Origin: a virus
Lineage: Duplodnaviria > Caudoviricetes
Strand: one strand, 5' to 3'
Length of the DNA: 64,000 nt
Virus record (IMG/VR): IMGVR_UViG_3300044694_000082
Coordinates: 40,345 to 104,344 of that record
Shown here: piece after piece, positions 8,638 through 16,807 of the stretch
Numbering within the stretch: position 1 is the stretch's first letter
Layout of the letters: the number at the start of each line of letters is the position of its first letter
Program-made: the position numbers and the translations under genes
The notes under the pieces: generated by a model
Database searches by the model: none
What the model was told of the DNA's origin: nothing
What the model saw: only the letters and a program-made list of their open reading frames with translations

Positions 8638-8979
8638 CTACTCGTAATGGTCGGGGCGATCGGCGTGGTTGTTATAGGGGATGGGGTCGCCGGGGGCGTG
8701 AATGTACATGCTGTACGCCACGTCACCGCCCCGGCCGAAGTTCACGGAGTGCAGGGGGCGGCCACGGTCGGCGTACTCGCCCGCCTCCAGCTCAAGGGCC
8801 AGCGCCGTTGCGGCGGCGTCCGTGTCGGCGGTGGCCACGGCGACCAGCTCACGGAACGTGAACCACCGGCCGCCTTCCTCCGGGCCGAGGTACTCCATTC
8901 CCAACCTGTAGACGGCGACCGTCCAGCTGTCGGCGGTGCAGTGATCATCCTTGGGTGCGTCGAACTTGATCAACGGCAT
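8638..8979 (-). CDS. Hypothetical phage protein
   Basis: SAS RBS; YLGPEEGGRWF motif. Confidence 0.75.
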   Translation of the reverse strand: MPLIKFDAPKDDHCTADSWTVAVYRLGMEYLGPEEGGRWFTFRELVAVATADTDAAATALALELEAGEYADRGRPLHSVNFGRGGDVAYSMYIHAPGDPIPYNNHADRPDHYE

Positions 8980-9046
8980 GGTGTCTTCCTTGTCGGGTGG
9001 GCCCGTGGTGGCCCGGGGTGGTGCCCTGCTCTTCCACGGGCCGGGA

Positions 9047-9154
9047 CTAGCGGGGAGGGTTGACGGCGGTCAGTATCACGGCGGTCACGACCACACCCCA
9101 CGCGAGGTAGGTCATGAGCCATCGGGCGTCGGATCTCCAAGGGCGGTGGCGCAT
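9047..9154 (-). CDS. Small membrane peptide (35 aa)
   Basis: Full SAS before ATG; MRHRPWRSDARWLMTYLAWGVVVTAVILTAVNPPR; not in ORF track. Confidence 0.65.
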   Translation of the reverse strand: MRHRPWRSDARWLMTYLAWGVVVTAVILTAVNPPR

Positions 9155-9182
9155 GCTCTTCCTTGTCGGGTGGGGCGGGCGT

Positions 9183-9401
9183 TCACGGGGTGTCTCCCGG
9201 CATCCAGCTTTCAAGCGCGTGCACTTCGGTGATCGAGTCCAGGAAATGGTGCTGCATGACCACCGTCAAGGTGGCGTACAGGCAGACCAGGTCTCCGATC
9301 TTCTGACTCACCACCCAGCGCTCACGCTTGTCCTCCACCCAGCGAAGCCGGTGCCAGCCGCGCGGGAGCGGCCCGGTGGGTCCGGGCACGGGGTTGGTCA
9401 T
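9183..9401 (-). CDS. Hypothetical protein
   Basis: ATGA coupling, GGAGG RBS. Confidence 0.55.
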   Translation of the reverse strand: MTNPVPGPTGPLPRGWHRLRWVEDKRERWVVSQKIGDLVCLYATLTVVMQHHFLDSITEVHALESWMPGDTP

Positions 9402-9973
9402 GACTGTTTGTCCTCCAGGAAGGCGGCGAACTGCTCACGGGCTTCGGTCTCGGCGTAGTCGTAGCCGATCAGCCCCCAGCACGAGCCGTCGTTAACCTCG
9501 ACCCAACTGGTGTGCTCGTCGGGAAGGGTGACGTCGTCGCCGGGGTCGACGGGCTGCCAGGTCACGGCTTTTTCGATCACGTAGCCGTAGACCTCACCCC
9601 GTGCCCAGGCCATGTACTCGTCGATCTCGCCCCGGATGGCGGCCACGGGGTCGGGGACCTGTGCGATGCCGTCGGGCATCAGGTACCAGAGGGCTTCGGC
9701 GCCGTCGTGCGGGGCGTGGTATTCGACCACGGCACCGTGGAAGATGCGCGCCCAGCGGGTGAAGATCTCGACGGCGTCCGGGTGCCCCATGATCCGCTCC
9801 CAGCCGTCCTCCAGCGGGCCGCCATCCCGGTCCACGTCGATGTACTGGTGAGTGGGCAGCGTGATCACGTGGGTCAGTTGATCGAACTCCGTGCGCGGGT
9901 TGGACGGTTCCGGGTCCGGCATGAGGCGGACGCGGTAACGCCCGTCGTCGCTGGTCTCGATGGTGTCGGTCAT
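9398..9973 (-). CDS. Acidic phage/mobile-element hypothetical protein
   Basis: WARGEVYGY...SCWG motif; GGGAG RBS. Confidence 0.75.
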   Translation of the reverse strand: MTDTIETSDDGRYRVRLMPDPEPSNPRTEFDQLTHVITLPTHQYIDVDRDGGPLEDGWERIMGHPDAVEIFTRWARIFHGAVVEYHAPHDGAEALWYLMPDGIAQVPDPVAAIRGEIDEYMAWARGEVYGYVIEKAVTWQPVDPGDDVTLPDEHTSWVEVNDGSCWGLIGYDYAETEAREQFAAFLEDKQS

Positions 9974-10000
9974 GGCGATGTCTCCCGTGTCAGTCGGTGA

Positions 10001-10225
10001 TCAGGTGTAGGTTCCGATGATCTGGAACCGGCCGCCCGCTTGTGTCACTTCGGTGCGGCGCGCTTCAACGCACGCCGCACACAGGGGTTTGATCACCCCT
10101 TGGTGTGCTCGACGGGGACCTTGCCGCCACCCCATCTGTACGCGGGCCACTGCGGGCGGCGGGTCGCTGTAGTGCGCAGAGTCGGCCAGCCAGCCGCACG
10201 GCGGGGGGTTCTCGGAAGGGGGCAT
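10001..10225 (-). CDS. Hypothetical protein
   Basis: GAAAGGA RBS. Confidence 0.6.
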   Translation of the reverse strand: MPPSENPPPCGWLADSAHYSDPPPAVARVQMGWRQGPRRAHQGVIKPLCAACVEARRTEVTQAGGRFQIIGTYT

Positions 10226-10298
10226 GGTGATGTCCTTTCACGATGCGGGGCACGGACGGCCACCGGGATGAGCGGTGGGCGCCCGTGACGGCACCGGG

Positions 10299-10844
10299 TC
10301 AGTGGCCGCGAGGCGGGTGGAAGCGATAGGTCTTGGACAGGCGCGGGATGCCCGGGGTGCTGCGGCTGGTGATGGCCGTGCCGACGCGGTACAGGTGCAC
10401 GGTGTCACCCTCGGTCACCATCTCGTCGGACCAGGTCAGCCGGACGGTGGGGAAGCGGCGCCCCTGTGAGGCCAGCGGCTGGAGAGGCTTGATCACGATG
10501 CCGGTGTCCGTGACCTCGGTGACGCGGGAGCCGTCGCGGCTGTCGCTGATGTAGTCGTGATCGGTGATGTCGACCGTCCAGCCCACGGCCACGCGGGCAC
10601 GCAGTTCGGCCAGGTCGGCGATGCGTTCTTCCCGGGTGATGATCCACCGGTACGCCTTGTCCGCCTCGGACTCGTGCGGGTACTTCCACAGCTCGGTGTC
10701 CGTCTTAGTGTCGTAGTCGTGCTGGGCCACCCGCCACCAGGTGTTGGGGCCGATGTCGGCGTACTGGAGTTGGGCGCCGGTCCATGGGTGGCTGACGTAG
10801 GTGGACCACTCGACGGTGGACCAGTCGAAGGGGGTGGTGGTCAT
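10299..10844 (-). CDS. Hypothetical protein
   Basis: GGAGG RBS, high GC3. Confidence 0.7.
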   Translation of the reverse strand: MTTTPFDWSTVEWSTYVSHPWTGAQLQYADIGPNTWWRVAQHDYDTKTDTELWKYPHESEADKAYRWIITREERIADLAELRARVAVGWTVDITDHDYISDSRDGSRVTEVTDTGIVIKPLQPLASQGRRFPTVRLTWSDEMVTEGDTVHLYRVGTAITSRSTPGIPRLSKTYRFHPPRGH

Positions 10845-10846
10845 GA

Positions 10847-10999
10847 TCAGTCCTCCGTGTGGGGCTCGTCGGGGTGGTGGAAGTCGGCGCAGCCGGTGCA
10901 GAACGGAATTCCCTCAATCTCACAGGCTGTGACGATCTCCCGTACGTGCGCGGGGTCGTAGTGGGGACGGGCGTCCAGGAACGCGGCGACAGGATCCAC
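10847..10999 (-). CDS. Small hypothetical protein (CxxC-x-HH)
   Basis: Fills the gap between neighbours; GGGAGAG RBS. Confidence 0.5.
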   Translation of the reverse strand: MDPVAAFLDARPHYDPAHVREIVTACEIEGIPFCTGCADFHHPDEPHTED

Positions 11000-11001
11000 G
11001 A

Positions 11002-11280
11002 TCAGCTCTCCCTGGCGGCGTCGAGGCGGGCAATCTCGGCGCGGATGGGGTCGGTACCGGTATCGGCCTGCTCGGCGGTGATCACATACCAGCGGTCGCG
11101 GTGGGGGCCGCTGCCGTAGCGGAACACCAGCGAACCGATGCGTACGTCTTCGTTGTGGGGCACCGGAATCTGAGTGGGACCGAACCAGTGCTCGTTACTG
11201 TCGAGGGCTTCGATGATCCTGCTGGCCATGGCGCTCCGGACCTGACAGGCGCCGCAGTCAATGTGATCTTCGGTGTGCAT
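11002..11280 (-). CDS. Hypothetical protein
   Basis: GAGGA RBS, MHTEDH start. Confidence 0.6.
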   Translation of the reverse strand: MHTEDHIDCGACQVRSAMASRIIEALDSNEHWFGPTQIPVPHNEDVRIGSLVFRYGSGPHRDRWYVITAEQADTGTDPIRAEIARLDAARES

Positions 11281-11281
11281 G

Positions 11282-11722
11282 TCAGTTGTCCTCGGTGATC
11301 TCGCGGTGCGCGACGATCCAACCGGCGCTCTCCGACTCGCCGTTGCCGTCGTCGTACTCGGGGTCGTCTTCCTTCGGGTGGATCTCGACGGAGAGTGCCA
11401 CCCAGTACCCGGGGGTCTCGCGGATGTGATCGGCCAGGGCGCCGCCGATGTACTCCGAGGGGTGCATGATCGGGCCGCTGTACCTGTCCTGGCCGGACCA
11501 GCCATCGGCGACGTGCCAACCCTGATCGGCCAGGTACTTGACCATGTCCCGGTCGTGTTCCTTGGTGATGGATGCCTCGGCGAACGGGCCGTCGTAGTCG
11601 CAGTACACCTCCGGGGCGTAGACGCCCAGCGGCTTGCCGTCGGGGGTCTTGTCGGTGACGGTGCCGTCCGGGAGTACCCGCACGACGTGGTCGATGCTCA
11701 TCAGGTTGTCGAGATCCATCAC
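11282..11722 (-). CDS. Acidic hypothetical protein
   Basis: AAAGGACACC RBS; D/E-rich. Confidence 0.7.
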   Translation of the reverse strand: MMDLDNLMSIDHVVRVLPDGTVTDKTPDGKPLGVYAPEVYCDYDGPFAEASITKEHDRDMVKYLADQGWHVADGWSGQDRYSGPIMHPSEYIGGALADHIRETPGYWVALSVEIHPKEDDPEYDDGNGESESAGWIVAHREITEDN

Positions 11723-11729
11723 GGTGTCC

Positions 11730-11777
11730 TTTGCCGTCTCGTTATTTTGCCGTTCCGTGACTTTGCCATCCCGTTAC
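11730..11777. repeat. Three tandem 16-bp direct repeats (putative operator)
   Basis: TTTGCCGTCTCGTTAT / TTTGCCGTTCCGTGAC / TTTGCCATCCCGTTAC. Confidence 0.8.
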
Positions 11778-11841
11778 ATCCGGGGAGGCGCGGAGCGGAA
11801 GGTCAAATCCGGGTAAAGTTGCTGGTCAGCGTGTCAGGGTT

Positions 11842-11912
11842 AGTCCCGGGACTGGCGTTGGGCAGTCCCGGGACTGAGCCGCAGTCTCTCAAGAGGCCAG
11901 GTAGTCCCGGAC
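11842..11912. repeat. Repeated palindrome AGTCCCGGGACT
   Basis: Perfect copies at 11842-11853 and 11864-11875 (22 bp apart); partial copy at 11903-11912. Confidence 0.75.
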
Positions 11913-12019
11913 GGATCGCCGGAAACTCTGACGGTCGGCGCGCTTGAGCTGACGTCGGCGCACGGTGAGGTCACGTCGGCGCAGGGATATGCGGTCGCGG
12001 CGGGTGGCTCGGCGGGTCA

Positions 12020-12478
12020 TCAGTCCTCCGTGGTCTCGTACAGGGCAACGGTCTGCCCCAGGTCGGTCATGATGCGGGTCAGGGTGACGCGCTCACCCGC
12101 GAGGTTCGTGTCGTCCCAGCGCCAGACCATCCAGCCCCGGGCCAGGGCCCATGCGGTCCCCGCGTTGATGTGCTCGGTGCTGCGGTAGGTGGTGCTGCGC
12201 CAGCGCTGAGCCGGAACCGAGCCCAGCAGGCGAAGGCCAGCGGTGTCGGCGAGTTCCACGCGGAAGCGCAGGCCGGTGGCCACGTGGTGGTAGGTGATCC
12301 CCTTTGTGGCGCGAGCCACGGCCATGCCCACCTTCACGGCCTCCCGTTCCGTGGTGCCCGGGACTGTCTCCTTCACTGCGGAGGCCACGGCCACGACGAC
12401 CTGAGGGCCGTACAGCAGTTCCGGGGTGGTGGTGCGCGTGCCGTCGGGGCGGGTGATGTGCAGAACGAAAGCGAACAT
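12020..12478 (-). CDS. Hypothetical protein, paralog family C
   Basis: SAS RBS; HVATGLRFRV motif. Confidence 0.7.
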   Translation of the reverse strand: MFAFVLHITRPDGTRTTTPELLYGPQVVVAVASAVKETVPGTTEREAVKVGMAVARATKGITYHHVATGLRFRVELADTAGLRLLGSVPAQRWRSTTYRSTEHINAGTAWALARGWMVWRWDDTNLAGERVTLTRIMTDLGQTVALYETTED

Positions 12479-12505
12479 GACGGGCCTTCCTTGTCGGGTG
12501 GTGCG

Positions 12506-12964
12506 TGTTCCGACCTGTTCCGACCCCCGGAACAGGCCACGGCCAGCGAAGGTAACGAACCGATAACGCGTTACCGTTTCGTGATGTTCAAGGTCACGGT
12601 TAGGTCACGGCCAGGGAGCGGGGCTCGACCTGGCAGGGAGCGGTGAGGGGGTGGTGTTCCGAGGGTGTTCCGACCCTGTTCCGGGTCTGTTCCGAGGGGG
12701 TCGGAACAGTGTTTTCCCAGGTCAGTGGTGCTTTGTTCCGAGTGTTCCGAGTGTTCCGAGTAGGAATACAAGTCTTCTAACGCGAGAGGGGTATGTAACG
12801 GATGTATATAGGTCACAGATACGTAACGCACACGTACGTATATAAGGGAACCTTCGAAATACCCGGAACACTCGGAAACCTCGGAACACTTGCGGTCTGA
12901 CCTGCGAGGATGCTGTTCCGACCCCTCAGAACACGGGTCGGAACACCCCGGAACACTCGGAACA
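12506..12964. repeat. Putative replication origin: mirror-symmetric TGTTCCG iterons around an AT-rich core
   Basis: 19 TGTTCCG/CGGAACA units (2 with one mismatch); 16 are symmetric about ~12811; AT-rich 12761-12860; lies between divergent genes. Confidence 0.75.
12591..12609. promoter_or_regulatory. GTCAC-n6-GTCAC direct-repeat box, copy 1
   Basis: AGGTCACGGTTAGGTCACG, identical at 17876-17894. Confidence 0.6.
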
Positions 12965-13013
12965 GCGGGCCGGAAGCTGGCCGCGTCAACCCGGGTTGTC
13001 CTACCGTCCGGAC

Positions 13014-13529
13014 ATGAGCACGATCATGGGACGGGCCGACATAGAGCGGCTGTGCTGGACGTTGTCCGGCTGGAAGGTCGATCAGCGGAGTGTCGATGAG
13101 TTGCTGGCCGCGATCGACGGCTATGTGACGGGCGCGGGGGCGCCCTGGCCTGAGGGGGGCGCGGGGGGCGCTGTACGGCCCGCAGACGGTGCGGAGCATG
13201 CTCCGGCGACCATTGACCCGGTCGAGGGCGTTTCAGGCCCGCAGGTGGCCGCTCAGCCGCTTCGGATCGTGGTTGAGGTCACCGGGACTGTGACGACGGT
13301 CCCGGCACCTGCCACCCGCCCCAGCCGACCGGTGAAACCACGTGCCTCGCGCGCCGCGACGGTAGTCCCGGCCGATCCGAAGCACTGCACACGATGCAAG
13401 CGGCACCGACCCCTGACGGAGTTCTCCAGGGATTCCAAGGCACTCGACGGCTACCGCTACGCGTGCAAACAATGCGAGAGCGAGCGACGGCGCGCGAGTG
13501 AGGCCGCATGCAGGGAACGGACAGCCTGA
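13014..13529 (+). CDS. Protein with C-terminal CxxC...CxxC Zn finger of the type found on HNH/EndoVII proteins
   Basis: KHCTRCKRHRPLTEFSRD...YACKQC. Confidence 0.65.
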   Translation: MSTIMGRADIERLCWTLSGWKVDQRSVDELLAAIDGYVTGAGAPWPEGGAGGAVRPADGAEHAPATIDPVEGVSGPQVAAQPLRIVVEVTGTVTTVPAPATRPSRPVKPRASRAATVVPADPKHCTRCKRHRPLTEFSRDSKALDGYRYACKQCESERRRASEAACRERTA

Positions 13530-13831
13530 TGGCGATGATCAAGCGGTACGGGGAACTCCCCGCCGTGTTCGTCCCTGACGAGGGGGAAGTGGTCATCGCC
13601 TCCCGCTCACCAGCCGGGCCGTTCCTGCGGGCCGCCATCACCAAAGTGCGGCGCGCCCGTGACGGCTTCATACGGGTCGACTTCGTGTGGCTGGAAGCTG
13701 CGCCGTATCAGCACAACGGCAAGCCGATCAGTCCCGGCGACAAGGGACACGTCTACGTGCGCCGGGATGACCGTGTGCCGCTGATCCGGCGCGTACCGGC
13801 CGAACCTGCCGACCGGCCTAAAGCTGTGTGA
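13529..13831 (+). CDS. Hypothetical protein
   Basis: TGATG coupling. Confidence 0.6.
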   Translation: MAMIKRYGELPAVFVPDEGEVVIASRSPAGPFLRAAITKVRRARDGFIRVDFVWLEAAPYQHNGKPISPGDKGHVYVRRDDRVPLIRRVPAEPADRPKAV

Positions 13832-14201
13832 CGTTCAGGTGGTACGTCACCGTGGGGCCGAATGGCTGTCCCACGGGGAAGGACTTCAGCCCGATGTTGC
13901 GCAGCTTGGGATGGAACGTGGCTGTATACATCAGACGGGTCGTCGATTTGTCGTCGATGATCCAGAGTGCCTTGCTGCCGTAGGGGAACACGTCCAGTCC
14001 CCGGAGCACTTCCATCTCGACCCCGACGAACCCGTCATCGGACGGCGGCCAGAGAATCTCCTCCAGCATGACCACGTCTTGTCTGCGTGCTGGGGTGTGG
14101 TTGTCCAGTTCCACATAGGCGCGGTAGTTCGCGGTCACCGTGGCGCCCGTCGGGTAGACGTAACCGACCGGCCGCATCTCGCGTACCTCACTCATGATCA
14201 T
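13818..14201 (-). CDS. Hypothetical protein
   Basis: GAGAGGA RBS. Confidence 0.6.
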   Translation of the reverse strand: MIMSEVREMRPVGYVYPTGATVTANYRAYVELDNHTPARRQDVVMLEEILWPPSDDGFVGVEMEVLRGLDVFPYGSKALWIIDDKSTTRLMYTATFHPKLRNIGLKSFPVGQPFGPTVTYHLNVTQL

Positions 14202-14277
14202 GTCCTCTCGCTGAGTCCTGTGCAGACAACAGGGCGCACGTTCCCGTCAGGGATCATGCGCCCGATGCGTGCACGGC

Positions 14278-14556
14278 TCAGACGTTCTTACGCGCGGCCT
14301 CCTGTGCGGCCAGCTCATCCGGGGTGATCACCCGGACGCTCGGCCACGCGTTGATCGTCGGCGACGTGGACGTGTCCATGTGCCAGTCCATGAACGTGAC
14401 CTTGCTGCCCTTGGGCACCTCCGCCTCGACGGCGCGGATAACGGCCCGCCTCACTGCGGCCCGATCGTCGCTGTTGACGTTCCACCAGGCGCGTGCCTTG
14501 TGAATCCAGCCCGGTCCCGCAGAACGGTCGGCCGGTCCGGCGTACTCAACGATCAT
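14278..14556 (-). CDS. Hypothetical protein
   Basis: GAGGAG RBS, ATGA coupling. Confidence 0.6.
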   Translation of the reverse strand: MIVEYAGPADRSAGPGWIHKARAWWNVNSDDRAAVRRAVIRAVEAEVPKGSKVTFMDWHMDTSTSPTINAWPSVRVITPDELAAQEAARKNV

Positions 14557-14759
14557 GACTGCGTCTCCTCACTGCCCGCGCACCCTGCGCGCTGGCATGT
14601 CACCGTGATCTTGCGCCCCGACTGGTAGTGCTCGATCGAGAACGGGCCCTTGATCCCGCACCCGGTCCGCGCGTTGCTGATATTCGAGTAGGCCCAGCCG
14701 TCACGGATCTTGTGCGTGGCGCCCTTGCCGGTCACCCGGGCAACGTACTGCGCTTCCAT
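14553..14759 (-). CDS. Small Zn-binding hypothetical protein
   Basis: GGAGAGGGA RBS; H...C...CxxxxC. Confidence 0.6.
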   Translation of the reverse strand: MEAQYVARVTGKGATHKIRDGWAYSNISNARTGCGIKGPFSIEHYQSGRKITVTCQRAGCAGSEETQS

Positions 14760-14806
14760 GATCAGTCCCTCTCCTGGGGTGCATTCTTTCGAGCCTGACA
14801 CGTCAT

Positions 14807-14821
14807 GTCACCCTGTGTGAC
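14807..14821. promoter_or_regulatory. Putative BldD box
   Basis: GTCACCCTGTGTGAC matches nTnACnC(A/T)GnGTnAn at every specified position; intergenic. Confidence 0.55.
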
Positions 14822-14970
14822 GACATGGGGTGTCGCGACGGGGTCGCGATCAACCTAAAGGGTGTTTGTTTCACGGATGAACAAACGATCAACCCTCAAC
14901 CTCAGGTTGAGACTTTGAGGCCGGGCCGGGGCGCAGTGCACGCCCCGGTCCGCCGTGCGTGTGTAGGGGT

Positions 14971-15513
14971 TCAGCCCTTGCACAGAACCTCGGTGTTGAT
15001 CTTGCTGCCCAGGTAGTAGACCTCCACCCAGCATCCATGCTTGTGGGGCAGGGTGCGCAGGTTCACGGAGGCCAGACCGGATACGGGGTCGTTGTAGCCC
15101 ATGCGCAGGCAGTCGCCCTGTGCCGTGTCTGCCACCCAGGCGTTCATGGCCTTGTTGTTGCGGTACGTGTCGTATGTCATGTCCGTGACCAGTTCGGTTG
15201 CCCAGGCGCGGACGCCGCCGTGGCGGGGGGCGTTGGCGCAGATGCTGCGGCGGGTGTTCATGTCGTCGTGGGTGCGGCGACTGCCCTCGGGGGTGGAGTA
15301 CCACAGAGCGGCGGCCTGGGCGCGGGTCCCGGTGGTGAGGCAGGCGCGGTCGTAGGCGGGATCGCCCCGGTGGCCGTGGTGGGCGCAGTCGTAGGCCACG
15401 TGGGCGGGGGCGGGGGGTGTCGATGCGTCGGCGGGGGTGGTGGTGGCGAAGGCCAGGGTGAGCAGTCCCGCGCCGATGCCCGCGAACGCGCGCCGAATGA
15501 CGTTGAGGTTCAT
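14971..15513 (-). CDS. Secreted Cys-rich protein
   Basis: Signal peptide MNLNVIRRAFAGIGAGLLTLAFATTTPADA; SAS RBS. Confidence 0.75.
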   Translation of the reverse strand: MNLNVIRRAFAGIGAGLLTLAFATTTPADASTPPAPAHVAYDCAHHGHRGDPAYDRACLTTGTRAQAAALWYSTPEGSRRTHDDMNTRRSICANAPRHGGVRAWATELVTDMTYDTYRNNKAMNAWVADTAQGDCLRMGYNDPVSGLASVNLRTLPHKHGCWVEVYYLGSKINTEVLCKG

Positions 15514-15640
15514 GTCACTTCCTTGTCTGGTGGTGCAGGGTTACCGCCCAGGTGTTGAGCCGGTACCGGGCGCGCACGGCTATTGACACGAGTCACCCCG
15601 TGCCGGGCCGTGCACCCCGGAGATCGGATCACCCCCTAGG

Positions 15641-16126
15641 TCAGGTGGTGGCGCAGTCCGCGCACCATTTGTCACCACTCGTGTGTCGCGCGCATGCGTA
15701 GCAGTGTGTGTCCGCCACGCATCCCTCCACCGTGCACGGACCGTCATCGGGTGTGCTGGCCTGGTCGTCTGCTTCGGCCGCGATGGTGTCGCAGTCGCAT
15801 CCCTCCCCGTTCAGGTGGCCGCACGGCAGGTTGAGAGACCAGGCCGCGCCGATACAGGGAATGGAGTACATGACATCTCCGGGCGGAGGTGCCAGCTCGG
15901 CCAACCGCACACGCACGGTGTGCGTGGTCGCGCACTCGGCGTCATCGGGGTCATCCATGAACTCGACCAAGTACGCCCCGCAGCACCGCCACACGAGACG
16001 TACGCGCCCGTACAGGCCGGTTTCGGGAACGTGGACCGGACGGCCAGGGTCGGCCCACGCAGGACCGTCCAGCGCACCGAGGGGCGCGCCATCGGTGTCA
16101 CACTGATGAATGCTGTAACTGCCCAT
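15641..16126 (-). CDS. Cys-rich acidic hypothetical protein
   Basis: AAGGGAG RBS, MGSYSIHQC start. Confidence 0.6.
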   Translation of the reverse strand: MGSYSIHQCDTDGAPLGALDGPAWADPGRPVHVPETGLYGRVRLVWRCCGAYLVEFMDDPDDAECATTHTVRVRLAELAPPPGDVMYSIPCIGAAWSLNLPCGHLNGEGCDCDTIAAEADDQASTPDDGPCTVEGCVADTHCYACARHTSGDKWCADCATT

Positions 16127-16224
16127 GTGTGTCTCCCTTACTGAGTAGGCCAGGACCGGGCGGCCTGACGCAACGCACGTGCCCGCAGGGGGCCGTGCGC
16201 TGCGACCACTGCCCGGGGGCCGGG

Positions 16225-16782
16225 TCACTTGCTGGCCTTGCCGTTGCCCTGACGGGCCAGACGCGCGGCCATCCGACGCTGAGCCGTGGCACAGGCCCGG
16301 TAGCGACGCTGAGCAGCCTTGGTGCGCTTGGCAGGCTCACGCTGCACAGCCTCATGGTCGAAACGCTCCCGACCCAGGTTCCCGGACATCGTGTTGGAAA
16401 CCGGCTTGTCGCCCTTGCGTTCACGCGGTCCGGTGATCTTGGTAGCGTCCATGGCGCGGCCACGGACCAGGACCGGACCCCGACCGTGACCGGTCGTCAC
16501 CACCGGGTCGGCAACGCCACCCATGGGCAGCGGCTCTTGCCCAGCGCGGATCTTGGCACCCATGATCTCTCGGCGGAGCATGGCGTCACGGGGGTCACCG
16601 ACGCGGGCCCCCTCGTCCGTGAGCGGAACCTGAGGGCCCTCCCCCAGGTCAATCGGCACCTTGTGCGCGGCCACGAAACCCTTGCCAGTCAGCTTGACCT
16701 TGGGTGCGCGGCACTCCGGGCACGACCCGTCAGGGTTCGGCTTGCGCTTCAGCTTGCCAGTGATCTTGCAGTTCATGTTCAT
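16225..16782 (-). CDS. Basic protein with CxxC...H Zn finger and C-terminal Arg-rich motif (candidate RNA-binding/antitermination factor)
   Basis: SCPECRAP...AAH; C-terminus AKRTKAAQRRYRACATAQRRMAARLAR; GAGGGAG RBS. Confidence 0.7.
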   Translation of the reverse strand: MNMNCKITGKLKRKPNPDGSCPECRAPKVKLTGKGFVAAHKVPIDLGEGPQVPLTDEGARVGDPRDAMLRREIMGAKIRAGQEPLPMGGVADPVVTTGHGRGPVLVRGRAMDATKITGPRERKGDKPVSNTMSGNLGRERFDHEAVQREPAKRTKAAQRRYRACATAQRRMAARLARQGNGKASK

Positions 16783-16807
16783 GATCGTTTCTCCCTCATT
16801 TTCCATT

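Noticed and set aside
12655-12964. CRISPR array
   Set aside because: Units are 7-9 bp with inverted symmetry and no unique spacers; no cas genes.
12506-12964. LexA SOS boxes
   Set aside because: The repeats are GGAAC/GTTCC, not the CGAAC-n4-GTTCG dyad.
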